A stretch of 64,000 nt of DNA from positions 672,001-736,000 of the forward strand of contig OZ241892.1 of assembly GCA_965203485.1 (NCBI GenBank), written 5' to 3'. This document shows, piece by piece, positions 27,937 to 37,999 of the stretch. Numbering within the stretch: the first letter of the stretch is position 1; every line of letters begins with the position of its first letter. This DNA comes from Longimicrobiales bacterium. GTDB lineage: Bacteria > Gemmatimonadota > Gemmatimonadetes > Longimicrobiales > Gaopeijiaceae. Made by a program: the position numbers and the translations under genes. Below the pieces are notes generated by a model. That model was not told the origin of the DNA, ran no database searches, and worked only from the letters and a program-made list of their open reading frames with translations.

Positions 27937-27997
27937 CCCGCCGCGCGCCCTACGCCGAGCGTCCCGCCGCGCGCCCTACGCCGAGCGTCCCGCCGCG
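27937..27997. repeat. 26-bp tandem duplication spanning the aroF stop codon
   Basis: CCCGCCGCGCGCCCTACGCCGAGCGT at 27937 and 27963, plus a partial third start at 27989. Confidence 0.85.
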
Positions 27998-28992
27998 GCG
28001 GCGAAGGCTTCCAGGTCGCGCATCATGCCCCGGAACTCCTCGAAGCTCAGCGATTGCTCGCCGTCGGAGAGCGCGGACTCCGGGTCGGGGTGGACTTCGA
28101 CGATGAGGCCGTCGGCGCCGGCCGCGACGGCCGCGAACCCGAGCGGGGCCACGAGGTCGCGCCGGCCCCCGGCGTGCGACGGATCGGCGATGACCGGCAA
28201 GTGCGTCTCGCGCTTGAGCCACGGGATCGCCGCCAGGTCGAAGGTGTTGCGCATCTCGGTCCCGTAGGCGCGAATCCCGCGCTCGCACAAAACGACTTGC
28301 AGGTTGCCGCGCGCCATGACGTATTCGGCGGCCAGCAGCAAGTCCTTGAGCGTGGCCGACATGCCGCGCTTGAGCAGCACCGGCCGTTGCAGCTCTCCCA
28401 CTTCGGTCAGCAACGCGAAGTTCTGCATGTTCCTCGCGCCGATCTGCAGCATGTCCACGTAGCCCGCGACCAGTTCCGCGTGGCGCGGGTCGAGCACTTC
28501 CGTCACCACGGGCAACCCCGTCTCCTCGCGAACCTGCGCCAGGATGCGCAATCCCTCTTCCTTGAGGCCGCTGAACGAGTAGGGCGAAGTGCGCGGCTTG
28601 AAGGCGCCTCCCCTCAGCATGGCGGCGCCCGCGGCGGCGACGGCCCGGCCCGTCTTCCGCATCATCTCCTCGCCCTCCACGGAACAAGGGCCCGCGGCCA
28701 CCAGGCAGGCCGAATCCCCGAACGCGCGGGTCCCTGCAGGCACTGTCGTGGTCTCGTCGGCGTTGAAGTCCCTGGCGGCCAGCTTGTACGGCCTCATCAC
28801 GGGGTGGACGGACCGCACTCCGGGGATGGAGCGCAGGGGAACGCGCGCCAGCCGCGCCTCGTCGCCGATGCACCCGATGACTGTGCGCGTCTTGCCCACC
28901 GAGACGTGCGTGCGAAGGCCGGCCGCCTCCACGCGCTCGCGAATGTGGTCTATTTCTTCCGGGGTGATGCTCTTGCGAGCGACGATGATCAT
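27976..28992 (-). CDS. aroF: DAHP synthase (class I beta, N-terminal regulatory domain)
   Basis: MIIVARKS..., AGPCSVEG, RGGAFKPRTSPYSF, QIGARNMQNF, LLKRG, LCERGIR, IADPSHA, VEVHP. Confidence 0.95.
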   Translation of the reverse strand: MIIVARKSITPEEIDHIRERVEAAGLRTHVSVGKTRTVIGCIGDEARLARVPLRSIPGVRSVHPVMRPYKLAARDFNADETTTVPAGTRAFGDSACLVAAGPCSVEGEEMMRKTGRAVAAAGAAMLRGGAFKPRTSPYSFSGLKEEGLRILAQVREETGLPVVTEVLDPRHAELVAGYVDMLQIGARNMQNFALLTEVGELQRPVLLKRGMSATLKDLLLAAEYVMARGNLQVVLCERGIRAYGTEMRNTFDLAAIPWLKRETHLPVIADPSHAGGRRDLVAPLGFAAVAAGADGLIVEVHPDPESALSDGEQSLSFEEFRGMMRDLEAFAAAAGRSA

Positions 28993-29284
28993 GGGTCGGT
29001 CCTTGTCGCGGGGCCGCCGGAGCCCACGGTGCGGCTGGGCCGGGCGGTGTTGTTGCCGGATGGAGTGCGCGCGAGCGGGGATTCTCGGAGCGCCGACTGG
29101 GGGCGGCCATGGGACGCACCAAGTCCGGGGAGGCGAAGGAAGATCGCAGCTCATGGGCGGGATTAGAAGCGGCGGACGAAGGCGGGCCGGCGGCGCCCCG
29201 TCGGGTGGCGCTTCTCCGCCCGCGCAGTAGATTCCCCAGGGCCAACACGGTCTCGGACGCACCTCGCAACCCAGCCCAGGGGAC

Positions 29285-30052
29285 TTGTCGCGACACTCGA
29301 CGGACCAGCTCCGGCGCTCGGCGGACGAGTTCGGCGAACCGACGGACCAGCTCAAGGCGGCGGCCGGCCTTTGCGCCGCCCAGCAAGCGGAGCCCGGGAT
29401 GCGGCTGGGGCTGGGGACCGGCTCGACCGCAGCCTTCTTCCTGCGCGCGCTGGCCGCCCGCGTCCGCCACGGCGAGTTGCCGGGCCTGGTTGGCGTCCCG
29501 ACGTCCGAGCGGACCGAAAAGGAGGCTCGGAGGCTGGGGATTCCGCTGGCTCCGCAGGACGAAGTGGGGCGGCTGGACTTGGCGGTGGACGGAGCCGACG
29601 AGGTCGCGCCCGACCTGGGGCTGATCAAGGGGTTGGGGGGTGCGTTGCTGCGCGAAAAGGTGGTGGCGCAGGCCTCGGAGCGCATGGTCGTGATCGTCGA
29701 CGAGGCCAAGCTCGTCGGGCGGCTCGGCGAGCGGGCCCCGTTGCCGGTCGAGGTGGCGCCGTTCGGGCTCGATGCGCAGCTGGCGTGGCTGGCCGAGCTG
29801 GGGGCGCGACCTGTCTTGCGGGCCGCGGCCGGCGGGCGGTCGGCGCTCACGGACAACGGAAACGCGACGGTGGATTGCTGGTTCGAGGGCGGCATCGAGG
29901 ACGCGCCGGTCCTGGAGCGCCGAATCGCTGCGCGCGCGGGCTTGGTCGAATCGGGACTGTTCCTGGGCATGGCCGACGAGGCGATCGTCGCCGGCGAGGG
30001 CGGGGTGCGACGCCTTCGGCGAAGCCCGGCGGCTCGGGCGAGAGAGGCCTGA
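29285..30052 (+). CDS. rpiA: Ribose-5-phosphate isomerase A
   Basis: GLGTGSTA, DLAVDGADEV, IKGLGGALLREK, TDNGN, VESGLF. Start uncertain. Confidence 0.95.
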   Translation: MSRHSTDQLRRSADEFGEPTDQLKAAAGLCAAQQAEPGMRLGLGTGSTAAFFLRALAARVRHGELPGLVGVPTSERTEKEARRLGIPLAPQDEVGRLDLAVDGADEVAPDLGLIKGLGGALLREKVVAQASERMVVIVDEAKLVGRLGERAPLPVEVAPFGLDAQLAWLAELGARPVLRAAAGGRSALTDNGNATVDCWFEGGIEDAPVLERRIAARAGLVESGLFLGMADEAIVAGEGGVRRLRRSPAARAREA

Positions 30053-30054
30053 GG

Positions 30055-30771
30055 ATGGCCCCGGCGAAGAAGGCCGCCGCAGTGAAGGTGGCGCCGTCGA
30101 TCTTGAGTTGCCGGTTCGCGGAGCTGGGCGACGAGATTCGACGCGTGGAGGAAGCCGGGGCCGAGTGGGTGCACGTGGACGTGATGGACGGCCGCTTCGT
30201 CCCCAACATCACCATCGGGCCCGTCGTCGCGCGGGCGGCGCGCGCCGCCGCCGAGGGCGTGCTCGACGTGCACCTCATGATCGCGGACCCGGACCGATAC
30301 CTGGAAGCGTTCGCCGCCGCCGGCGCCGACGTGATCACCGTGCACGCTGAAGCGTGCGTCCACCTGCACCGCACCTTGGCCCGGATTCGCGAGCTGGGCA
30401 AGCGCGCCGGCGTGGCGCTGAATCCGGCTACGCCGCTGTCCGCGGTCGAGGAGACGCTCGGCTTGGTGGACCTTCTGCTGGTGATGTCGGTGAACCCCGG
30501 CTTCGGCGGACAGGACTTCATCCAAGCATCGGTGGCCAAGGTGGCGCGCGCCCGCTCGCTCTTGGAAGCGCGCGCTCCGGGCGCGACCGAGTTGGAAGTG
30601 GACGGCGGCGTGAGCGCCGCGACCGCGCCCGCGTTGGTTCGGGCCGGGGCGACGGTCCTGGTCGCCGGCTCCGCGATATTCGGGCACCCCGGCGGTCCGG
30701 CGGCGGGCGTGGAGGCGATCAGGCGGTCCGTGGCAGGATTGGATGCGCGTCCGCGCGACGGAGGCCGGTAG
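30055..30771 (+). CDS. rpe: Ribulose-phosphate 3-epimerase
   Basis: VAPSILS, HVDVMDGRFVPNITIG, DVHLMI, MSVNPGFGGQ, EVDGG. Confidence 0.97.
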   Translation: MAPAKKAAAVKVAPSILSCRFAELGDEIRRVEEAGAEWVHVDVMDGRFVPNITIGPVVARAARAAAEGVLDVHLMIADPDRYLEAFAAAGADVITVHAEACVHLHRTLARIRELGKRAGVALNPATPLSAVEETLGLVDLLLVMSVNPGFGGQDFIQASVAKVARARSLLEARAPGATELEVDGGVSAATAPALVRAGATVLVAGSAIFGHPGGPAAGVEAIRRSVAGLDARPRDGGR

Positions 30772-30779
30772 AGGACCCG

Positions 30780-32195
30780 ATGCCCGAGTTCACCTGCGAA
30801 CGCGAGGTGCCCTTTCCGGTAGCGGACGTCTTCGCTTGGCACCTGCGGCCCGGCGCCCTCGAACGGCTGATCCCGCCTTGGGCGGACGCTCGCGTCGTTT
30901 CGCGGAAGGGCGAGGTCTCCGACGGCGGCCGGGTCCACGTCAGGGTCAAGCGGGGGCCGGTAGCGTTCGACTGGAAGCTCCGCCACACGGCGTTCGAGCC
31001 GGGCCGCCTCTTCCGCGACGAGCAGGAAGCCGGGCCTTTCCGTTCGTGGAAGCACAGCCACGAGTTCGAGCCCGCGGGCCGAGGGGGCACGCGCCTGCGC
31101 GACCGGATCGAGTGGGAGCCCCCGGCCGCTCCTGCCTCGACCGTTTTCGCGCGCGCGGCCGTCGAACGCGAGATGACGCGGATGGTGTCGTTCCGCCAGC
31201 GCCGCCTCGCCCACGACCTGGGCCGGCACGCGGCGGTCCAGGGAACGCCTTTGACCGTCGCGGTGACGGGCTCCAGCGGCCTCGTGGGCGGCGCGCTTCG
31301 CCACTTCCTCACCACGGGCGGCCATGCGGTCGTCTCCGTCGTCCGGCGCAAGCCCGACCCGGCCCGGGGCGAGATCGCGTGGGACCCCATGGAGGGCCGC
31401 ATCGACCGCGAGGGCTTGGAGGGCGTGGACGCCGTGGTGCACCTGGCGGGAGAGAACTTGGCTGGTAGCCGGTGGACGCCCGCCAAGAAGAAGGCGATCC
31501 GGCGGAGCCGCGTGGCGGGCACCCGCGTGCTGGTGGACGCGCTCAACCAGCTTCGCCGCCCCCCGCGCGTGCTCGTCTCGGCGTCCGCGATCGGCTACTA
31601 CGGCAACCGCGGCAACGAGCGCGTCACCGAGGCGAGTCCGCCGGGGCGCGGGTTCCTGCCGGACCTGTGCCGCGAATGGGAGGCCGAGGCCGCCAAGGCG
31701 AAGCGGTCCGGCGTTCGCGTGGTCCTGCTGCGCACCGGCCTCGTCCTGAGTCCCGCCGGGGGCGCGCTGGGCTCGATGCTTCTGCCCTTCAAGCTGGGCG
31801 TCGGCGGACGCCTGGGCACCGGACGCCAGTTCGTCAGCTGGATCGACCACGACGACCTGCTGGGCCTCGTCCTCCACGCCGTCACCACTCCGTCGCTCCG
31901 CGGCCCGGTGAACGCGGTCGCCCCGCATCCCGTCTCCAACGCGACGTTCGCGACCGCCCTGGGCCGCGCGCTCAACCGTCCCACGCTCGTGCCGGCGCCC
32001 TCGCTCGCGGTCAAGGCCATGTTCGGCGAAATGGGCGCCACGCTCCTCCTCCAGGGCGCGCGCGTGCTGCCCGAAGCCGCGCAGGAGAGCGGGTTTCGCT
32101 TCGCCTACGAAGGAGTGGACGAGTCGCTCGGCTTTCAACTGGGGCGGCCATCCGGTCAGCCGGGGTCGTCCACGGGCCCCGCGGGGAGTTCCTGA
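30780..32195 (+). CDS. SRPBCC domain fused to TIGR01777-family NAD-dependent epimerase
   Basis: VFAWHLRPGALERLIPPW...FRDEQEAGPFRSWKHSHEF, then VTGSSGLVG, VVHLAGE, SASAIGYYG, GTGRQFVSWI. Confidence 0.9.
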   Translation: MPEFTCEREVPFPVADVFAWHLRPGALERLIPPWADARVVSRKGEVSDGGRVHVRVKRGPVAFDWKLRHTAFEPGRLFRDEQEAGPFRSWKHSHEFEPAGRGGTRLRDRIEWEPPAAPASTVFARAAVEREMTRMVSFRQRRLAHDLGRHAAVQGTPLTVAVTGSSGLVGGALRHFLTTGGHAVVSVVRRKPDPARGEIAWDPMEGRIDREGLEGVDAVVHLAGENLAGSRWTPAKKKAIRRSRVAGTRVLVDALNQLRRPPRVLVSASAIGYYGNRGNERVTEASPPGRGFLPDLCREWEAEAAKAKRSGVRVVLLRTGLVLSPAGGALGSMLLPFKLGVGGRLGTGRQFVSWIDHDDLLGLVLHAVTTPSLRGPVNAVAPHPVSNATFATALGRALNRPTLVPAPSLAVKAMFGEMGATLLLQGARVLPEAAQESGFRFAYEGVDESLGFQLGRPSGQPGSSTGPAGSS

Positions 32196-32196
32196 C

Positions 32197-32799
32197 GTGG
32201 CCCTGCGCGCCGCCGATCTGTCGCCCGATCCCGTCGAGCAGTTCGAGCGTTGGTTCGCCGAGGCGAAGGCCGACGCCCGCATCGCGTGGGCCGAGGCCGC
32301 CTGCCTGTCCACGCTGGGGCCCGGCGGCACGCCCGAAGGCCGCATGGTGCTGATGAAGGGGTTCGGGTCCGCGGGATTCGTCTTCTACACGAACGCCGAG
32401 TCGCGCAAGGGCCGCTCGCTGTCGGCGCACCCCCGGGCGGGCATGACCTTCTACTGGGAGCCGCTGGGGCGCCAAGTGCGAGTGCGCGGGCCGGTGGAGT
32501 CCGTGCGGTCCGCCGACGCGGACGCCTACTTCGCCTCGCGTTCCCGGGAAAGCCAAGTCGGGGCTTGGGCGTCGGACCAGAGCGCGGAGCTGTCTTCGCG
32601 GGCCGATTTGGCAAGGCGGGTGAGAGAGGCCGGCGCGCGGTTCTCCGGAGCGCCCGTCCCGCGACCGCCGCACTGGAGCGGCTTCCGCATCGTCCCGAAC
32701 GCAATCGAGTTCTGGCAGGAAGGCGCGGCCCGCCTGCACGACCGCTTCGAATATGCCCGCTCCGGCGGAACCTGGACGCGCGCGCGGCTTCATCCCTAA
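32197..32799 (+). CDS. pdxH: Pyridoxamine 5'-phosphate oxidase
   Basis: DPVEQFERWF, RMVLMK, FYTNAESRKG, RQVRVRG, YFASR, IEFWQ..RLHDR, RLHP. Confidence 0.95.
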   Translation: MALRAADLSPDPVEQFERWFAEAKADARIAWAEAACLSTLGPGGTPEGRMVLMKGFGSAGFVFYTNAESRKGRSLSAHPRAGMTFYWEPLGRQVRVRGPVESVRSADADAYFASRSRESQVGAWASDQSAELSSRADLARRVREAGARFSGAPVPRPPHWSGFRIVPNAIEFWQEGAARLHDRFEYARSGGTWTRARLHP

Positions 32800-34730
32800 G
32801 CTCCTAAGCCGGACTGGCCGCGAGCCCCGGCCCGGTCCGCCCCAGCCGCAGCCTCCGCCCGCTCCAGCTCGTCCCACTCGGCGGCGAGTCCCTCGACTTC
32901 GGCGGCGAGCGCCGCGCGTTCCGCTTCCAGGCTCCGAGCCTCGCCGCGCGCAGCCTCCGCGAAGAAGCCCGGCCGGGCGAAGACGGCGTCGATCTCGGAC
33001 ACCCTCGCTTCCGCGGCTTCCATGCGGGCGAGAATGCCTTCTTGCCGGGCTTCGGCCGCTCGTTGCGGGCGCCGCCGCGCGCGCTTGCCCTCGCGCCGCC
33101 GCCGCCCCTGCGAAAGCGCCGCAGCGGAGTCCAAGCGGTCGTCGCCGCAGTAGTGCACGTAGTCGCCGTACGATCCCCGGAAGTCGCGCACCCGCTCCGC
33201 GGATATCTCCACGATCCGGTCGGCGAGCCGGCTCACGAGCCAGCGGTCGTGGGAGACGAACACCAACGTGCCGTCGTACGAGCGCAGTCCCTCGACCAGC
33301 GCCTCGATCGATTCCAGGTCCAGGTGGTTCGTCGGCTCGTCCAGGAGCAGCACGTTGGGCCGCTGCATCGCCAAGCGGCAGAACACGAGGCGGGCGGCTT
33401 CGCCTCCCGACAGGTCGCCGACCCGCTTGGCCGCGTCGTCGCCGGTGAAGAGCGCCCGGCCCATTTGGCCGCGCGCGTCGCCGGCGCCCCGTCCGCCGCA
33501 GCCTTCCTCCACCCACGCCTCGGCGGACTGATTCGGGGCGTCGAAATGGCGGGCGTGGTCCTGGGCGAAGTAGCCGGGTTGCGCCTGGTGTCCCCATTCG
33601 ACCGAGCCGCTGTCCGCGCGCAGGTCGCCGGCGAGGATCTTCAGCAGGGTCGACTTGCCGATTCCGTTGGGTCCCAGAATCGCCAGGCGGTCTCCGCGGT
33701 TCACGCGCAGGGACACGTCCGAAAGGACTTGGTTCGCCCCGTACGACTTCGAGACGCCGTTCACCTTCAGCGCTTCGCGACCGCAGGGACGCGCCTGCTC
33801 GAAGCGAAAGACGGGATAGCGGCGCGAGCTTCGAGGCAGTTCCTCGAGCCCTTCGGATCGCTTCTCGATGAGGCGAAGCTTGCTCTGCGCTTGGCGCGCT
33901 TTGGTCGCCTTGGCGCGAAACCGGTCCACGAACTGCTGGTGGCGGGCGATTTCGCGGTGGCGGCTTGCAATCTCCTTTTCGCGGCGTTCCCGCTCGGCCT
34001 TCTTGGCCTTGGCGAAGCGCGCGTAGTTGCCCGGGTACGCGAGCACCGTCTCGTAGTCGACGTCGAGCACGTGGGTGGCCACGTTGTCGAGGAAGCGGTG
34101 GTCGTGGCTGACGACGACGACCGGGCCGGCAAACCCCTGGAGGAACTTCTCCAGCCAGCGAATCGACAGCACGTCCAAGTGGTTGGTGGGCTCGTCGAGC
34201 AACAGCGCGTCCGGGGCGCCGGCCAATACCTGGGCCAAGCACACGCGCAGCTTGTAGCCGCCCGAGAGCGTGGACAGCGGGCGGCCGTGCGTCTCGGCGG
34301 GAATCCCCAGCCCTTCGAGGATCGCGGCGGCGGCTGCCTCGGCCGCATACCCGTCGTGGCGCTGCACCGTCTCCTCGAGGCGCGAGAACTCGTCCGCGTC
34401 GAACTCGTCCGCGGGACCGGCGACCATGGCGTCCTTCGCGGCCATGGCCCGCCACAGCTCGTCGTTGCCCTTGAGCGCGACGCTCAGGATCGCGTCGGCG
34501 TCGTGCAGGAAGCGGCGTTGCCCAAGAACCCCGAGCCGCACGCGGCCCGGCATGGACACCGACCCGGCCGAGGGTTCGCAACGCCCGGCCAGGATGTCGA
34601 GCAGCGTGCTCTTGCCGCTGCCGTTGGCGCCGACCAAGCCGTACCGTCGTCCAGCGGCGAGCCGGAAGTTGGCGTCCGCGAACAGCGTGCGGTCGCCGAA
34701 GGACTTGGCCAAGCCCTGCGCGGAAATCAC
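32796..34730 (-). CDS. ABC-F family ATP-binding protein
   Basis: Two NBDs (GANGSGKST, GPNGIGKST; LSGG; LDEPTNHLD; SHDR/SHDH), no TM segments, C-terminal coiled coil. Confidence 0.93.
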   Translation of the reverse strand: MISAQGLAKSFGDRTLFADANFRLAAGRRYGLVGANGSGKSTLLDILAGRCEPSAGSVSMPGRVRLGVLGQRRFLHDADAILSVALKGNDELWRAMAAKDAMVAGPADEFDADEFSRLEETVQRHDGYAAEAAAAAILEGLGIPAETHGRPLSTLSGGYKLRVCLAQVLAGAPDALLLDEPTNHLDVLSIRWLEKFLQGFAGPVVVVSHDHRFLDNVATHVLDVDYETVLAYPGNYARFAKAKKAERERREKEIASRHREIARHQQFVDRFRAKATKARQAQSKLRLIEKRSEGLEELPRSSRRYPVFRFEQARPCGREALKVNGVSKSYGANQVLSDVSLRVNRGDRLAILGPNGIGKSTLLKILAGDLRADSGSVEWGHQAQPGYFAQDHARHFDAPNQSAEAWVEEGCGGRGAGDARGQMGRALFTGDDAAKRVGDLSGGEAARLVFCRLAMQRPNVLLLDEPTNHLDLESIEALVEGLRSYDGTLVFVSHDRWLVSRLADRIVEISAERVRDFRGSYGDYVHYCGDDRLDSAAALSQGRRRREGKRARRRPQRAAEARQEGILARMEAAEARVSEIDAVFARPGFFAEAARGEARSLEAERAALAAEVEGLAAEWDELERAEAAAGADRAGARGQSGLGA

Positions 34731-34812
34731 GAGGCGGTCGGCGCCGCGGCCGGGCGGGAAGCCGGGGGCGCAACCGGGCAGGCGCCGCCGCCCGCCCGCA
34801 GCGCTTGCGGCC

Positions 34813-37800
34813 TCAAGGGCTCTCGCGGCCGGACGTCCGCCGCCCGGCCATGGCCGCGGCCGGCGTCTCGCCCAGGACCGTCTCCAGCTCGGCGGCGACG
34901 CGGGCGGCGTCGGACTGCGCGAACACCATGGGCGGCTTGATCTTCAGCACGTTGGCCTGCGGGCCGTCGGCGCTCATGAGGATGCCGCGCTCGCGCATGC
35001 GGTTCACGGCGTAGCGGCACGCTTCGGGGGAGGGCTCGCGCGCCCCGGGGCTCCGCACCAGCTCGACGCCCAGGAAGAGGCCCCGGCCCCGCACGTCTCC
35101 CACGAGCGGGCTGTCGATGCCGCGCAAACGGGTCGCGAAGAACTGGCCCACCCGCCGGGCGCGTTCCTGCAGTTCCCGGTCGCGGACCTCGGCGAGCACG
35201 GCCCGCGCCGCGGCGCAGGCCACGGGGTTGCCGCCGAACGTGTTGAAGTACTCCATCCCGTTCGCGAACGCATCCGCGATCTCGCGCTTGGTCACGACGG
35301 CGCCGACGGGGTGGCCGTTGCCCATCGGCTTGCCCAGCGTCACGATGTCGGGCGTCGTCTCTTGCAGCTCGAAGGCCCAGAACGCGTCGCCCACCCGCCC
35401 GAAGCCGGTCTGCACTTCGTCGGCGACGCACAGTCCGCCGGCCCGGCGCGCGTGGCCGCACGCGGCCCGGAGGAAGCCGGCCGGCGGCTCGATCTGGCCG
35501 CCGCATCCCAGCATGGCCTCGGCGATGAACGCCGCCACGCCCACGCCCGCGTCGTCCAGGCGCTCGGCCGCGTCCCGCACGCCCGCGGCGTAAGACCGGG
35601 CGAGCGCGCCGTCGTCCGCGTCCGCGGTCCGCCGGTGCAGTCCCCGGTACGGGTCGGGCATCGGCGCGACCGTCACTTGCGGGCTTCTCCCGCCGCCGCC
35701 GGGCCCGTCGAACTTGTACGGGCTGACGTCGACGAGTCCGCCCGTGTTGCCGTGGTAGGCGCCCTCCAGCACGACGACGCCTTCGCGCCCGGTGTAGTGG
35801 CGGGCAAGGCGCAGCGCCAGCTCGTTGGCCTCGCTCCCCGAGCAGACCAGGAAGACGGTGTCCAGTCCCGGCGGGAAGCGGGCCGCAAGCTCGTCCGCGA
35901 GCGCCACGATCTCTTCGTGCAGGTAGCGCGTGTTGGTGTTCAGGACGCGGGCCTGCCGGGCGATGGCGCGGGCGACGCGGCGGTTGGAGTGGCCTACGTG
36001 GGCGACGTTGTTCACTACGTCCAGGTACCGCCGCCCGGCCGCGTCGAAGAGGTGCTGGCCGAGGCCGCGGACGGCATGGACGGGCCGGTCGTAGGAGAGA
36101 CTCAGGGACGGCGCCAGACGCCGGTCGCGGCCCGCCTTGATCCGGGCGGCCGTCTCGCGCGGCGGAGCGGCAGCGGCCAGCGATTCCCCGAACTCGGCGG
36201 GCAGGCCGGCCAGCGGCGCCGGATCCGGCAGCACGGAACCCCAGACCCGCCTGAGCCGGGCCTCGACGACTCCGGGAAAGTCGCCCTTGCGGGCAACGCG
36301 GGGCTGCCCGTCGTCATCGAGGGAATCCAGCGCGATCACCTGGAAGTGCAGGTGCGGAGGCCATCCGCCGTTGGCCGCCGGCGCTCCCAGCCAGCCCAGC
36401 ACGTCGCCTGCGCGCACGTTCTCGCCGGGCGCGCGCTTGGTGAGGGAAGCGCAGCTCAGGTGCCCGTACAGCGTGTGGAAGGCGGTTCCGCCGCTGGTCG
36501 CGTGGCGCACCACGACGGTGGGGCCGTAGTCGAGCCGTCCGGCGTTGTCCGCCACCGAGACCACGACGCCCGGCAACGGAGAGTGCACTGGCTCGCCCGC
36601 GGGCGCGAACAGGTCCAGCCCCATGTGCACGGTGCGGGCGCCGGGGCTGCCGGCGTCTTCGCCGGCGAAGGAGGGCGCGTCGTAGAGCAGCCGGGCCTCG
36701 CCGTAGCGCCCCACGCCGACGGTCGCGCCCCGCGCCGAGAGCTCGTCGGCGATCCACGCCTCCAAGGCGCCTTCGCGGGACAGGTCCTCGGGATGAGGCA
36801 GGTCGAGGCTCCCCACGGACAAGTCCAGCACGGCGGGCTTGGCCAAGCGGCCGGGGGCAAGAACGGGAGCCCGCGGGTCGCCGGTCCGCATCCACGAGAC
36901 GATGGCGGCCACGCTGGGGTTGGGGGCCAAGCCGCAGGCGTCGCGGACTCGAAATTCCGCCAGCCGCCAATCCGTCTCGGCGAGTCGCCGGAGCAGCTTG
37001 CGGGCGGGTTGCTGGCTGACCGCCAGGTATTCGTTGCCCGGCTGCTCGCGCATCTGGCGGGCCTGAATGCAGACCGAGAGGCACAACCGGAGCGCCGCCA
37101 GGGGCAGGAGAGCCCGGCACTCCGTGTCGTTGAGAGGAGCGACGGAAGCGTACCCGCCCGCGACGGCGCACGCCGCCTCCAGCGGATCGGCCGCGTCCAT
37201 CATGGCATAGGCCGCGGCGACCGCCGGGTCCGCGATCCTCCAGCCGCGGGCCGTGTCGCCGAAGTCGATCAGCCCCGCCAGCCGCAGACCGCGGGGCGTC
37301 GCCGAGACGATCACGTTGTGGTCGTTGGCGTCGTTGTGGACGACTCCGCGAGGTAGCTCGTCGGCGACTGCTTCGAGGCGGCCCGCCGCCCGGTGCGCGG
37401 TTTCCTCCACGATCCCGGCGAGCGGCGCCTCCAGTTCGCCGAAACGCTCCCGGACCAACGTGAGCGCCGACTCCAGCCTCCAGGGGAAGGGACGGTCCAA
37501 GCCGGGGTGCTCGAAGCCCTTCATCGCGGCGCGGAGTTCCGCCAAGAGGGTGCCCAGCTCCTCGAGCACGCCCATCGAACGCGGACGCGCCTTCGCCAGC
37601 GTCGCGCCCTCCACGAACGTGACCGCCAGCGCGACCCAGGAATCGCCGCCGGGACCGTCCACCACGTGCATCCGCGCACCGGAGTCGTCCGGCCCGTTCG
37701 CCGGGTTCCGCGCAAGCGCCTGAATGGGGACCAGAGCCGGTGTCCGCGCCCGGAGCGTTGCGCCCTCCAGGTGGGCCAAGCACGCCGCCAGCAGCTCGAA

Positions 37801-37956
37801 CGCGGGTCTCCGCCCGCCCGGCGCGAGCTTGAGGACCGCCGGTCCCTCCGGCCCGTCCACGCGGAAGTTGAAGTCGAACTCTCCCGGCAACCGCCGGGGA
37901 CTGCCGCCGAACAGATCGCGTGCGCGGGCCTCCGCCCAGCTCGCGTCGTCCGTCAC
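34813..37956 (-). CDS. Fused APH-type kinase / M23-like domain / class III aminotransferase (hydroxylysine kinase plus phospho-lyase-like)
   Basis: HNDANDHN and IDFGD (kinase); HMGLDLF, DYGPTVV, LYGHL, PHLHFQ (M23-like); NNVAHVGH, SGSEANELA, ADEVQTGFGR, GKPMGNG (AT-III). Confidence 0.88.
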   Translation of the reverse strand: MTDDASWAEARARDLFGGSPRRLPGEFDFNFRVDGPEGPAVLKLAPGGRRPAFELLAACLAHLEGATLRARTPALVPIQALARNPANGPDDSGARMHVVDGPGGDSWVALAVTFVEGATLAKARPRSMGVLEELGTLLAELRAAMKGFEHPGLDRPFPWRLESALTLVRERFGELEAPLAGIVEETAHRAAGRLEAVADELPRGVVHNDANDHNVIVSATPRGLRLAGLIDFGDTARGWRIADPAVAAAYAMMDAADPLEAACAVAGGYASVAPLNDTECRALLPLAALRLCLSVCIQARQMREQPGNEYLAVSQQPARKLLRRLAETDWRLAEFRVRDACGLAPNPSVAAIVSWMRTGDPRAPVLAPGRLAKPAVLDLSVGSLDLPHPEDLSREGALEAWIADELSARGATVGVGRYGEARLLYDAPSFAGEDAGSPGARTVHMGLDLFAPAGEPVHSPLPGVVVSVADNAGRLDYGPTVVVRHATSGGTAFHTLYGHLSCASLTKRAPGENVRAGDVLGWLGAPAANGGWPPHLHFQVIALDSLDDDGQPRVARKGDFPGVVEARLRRVWGSVLPDPAPLAGLPAEFGESLAAAAPPRETAARIKAGRDRRLAPSLSLSYDRPVHAVRGLGQHLFDAAGRRYLDVVNNVAHVGHSNRRVARAIARQARVLNTNTRYLHEEIVALADELAARFPPGLDTVFLVCSGSEANELALRLARHYTGREGVVVLEGAYHGNTGGLVDVSPYKFDGPGGGGRSPQVTVAPMPDPYRGLHRRTADADDGALARSYAAGVRDAAERLDDAGVGVAAFIAEAMLGCGGQIEPPAGFLRAACGHARRAGGLCVADEVQTGFGRVGDAFWAFELQETTPDIVTLGKPMGNGHPVGAVVTKREIADAFANGMEYFNTFGGNPVACAAARAVLAEVRDRELQERARRVGQFFATRLRGIDSPLVGDVRGRGLFLGVELVRSPGAREPSPEACRYAVNRMRERGILMSADGPQANVLKIKPPMVFAQSDAARVAAELETVLGETPAAAMAGRRTSGRESP

Positions 37957-37999
37957 GTCCGCCGGGCGGCCCGGCCGTCCATTCGGGCGGGGACCAGGA

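Noticed and set aside
28993..29284. Attenuator or leader peptide upstream of aroF
   Set aside because: GC hairpins are present, but there is no short aromatic-rich leader ORF or U-tract terminator.
14305..30687. Very long ORF-track calls (14305-16635, 17279-19480, 18947-23317, 22108-24720, 27976-30687) as fusion proteins
   Set aside because: Their N-terminal parts are off-frame read-through across neighbouring genes; real starts were reassigned from motifs and stop/start overlaps.
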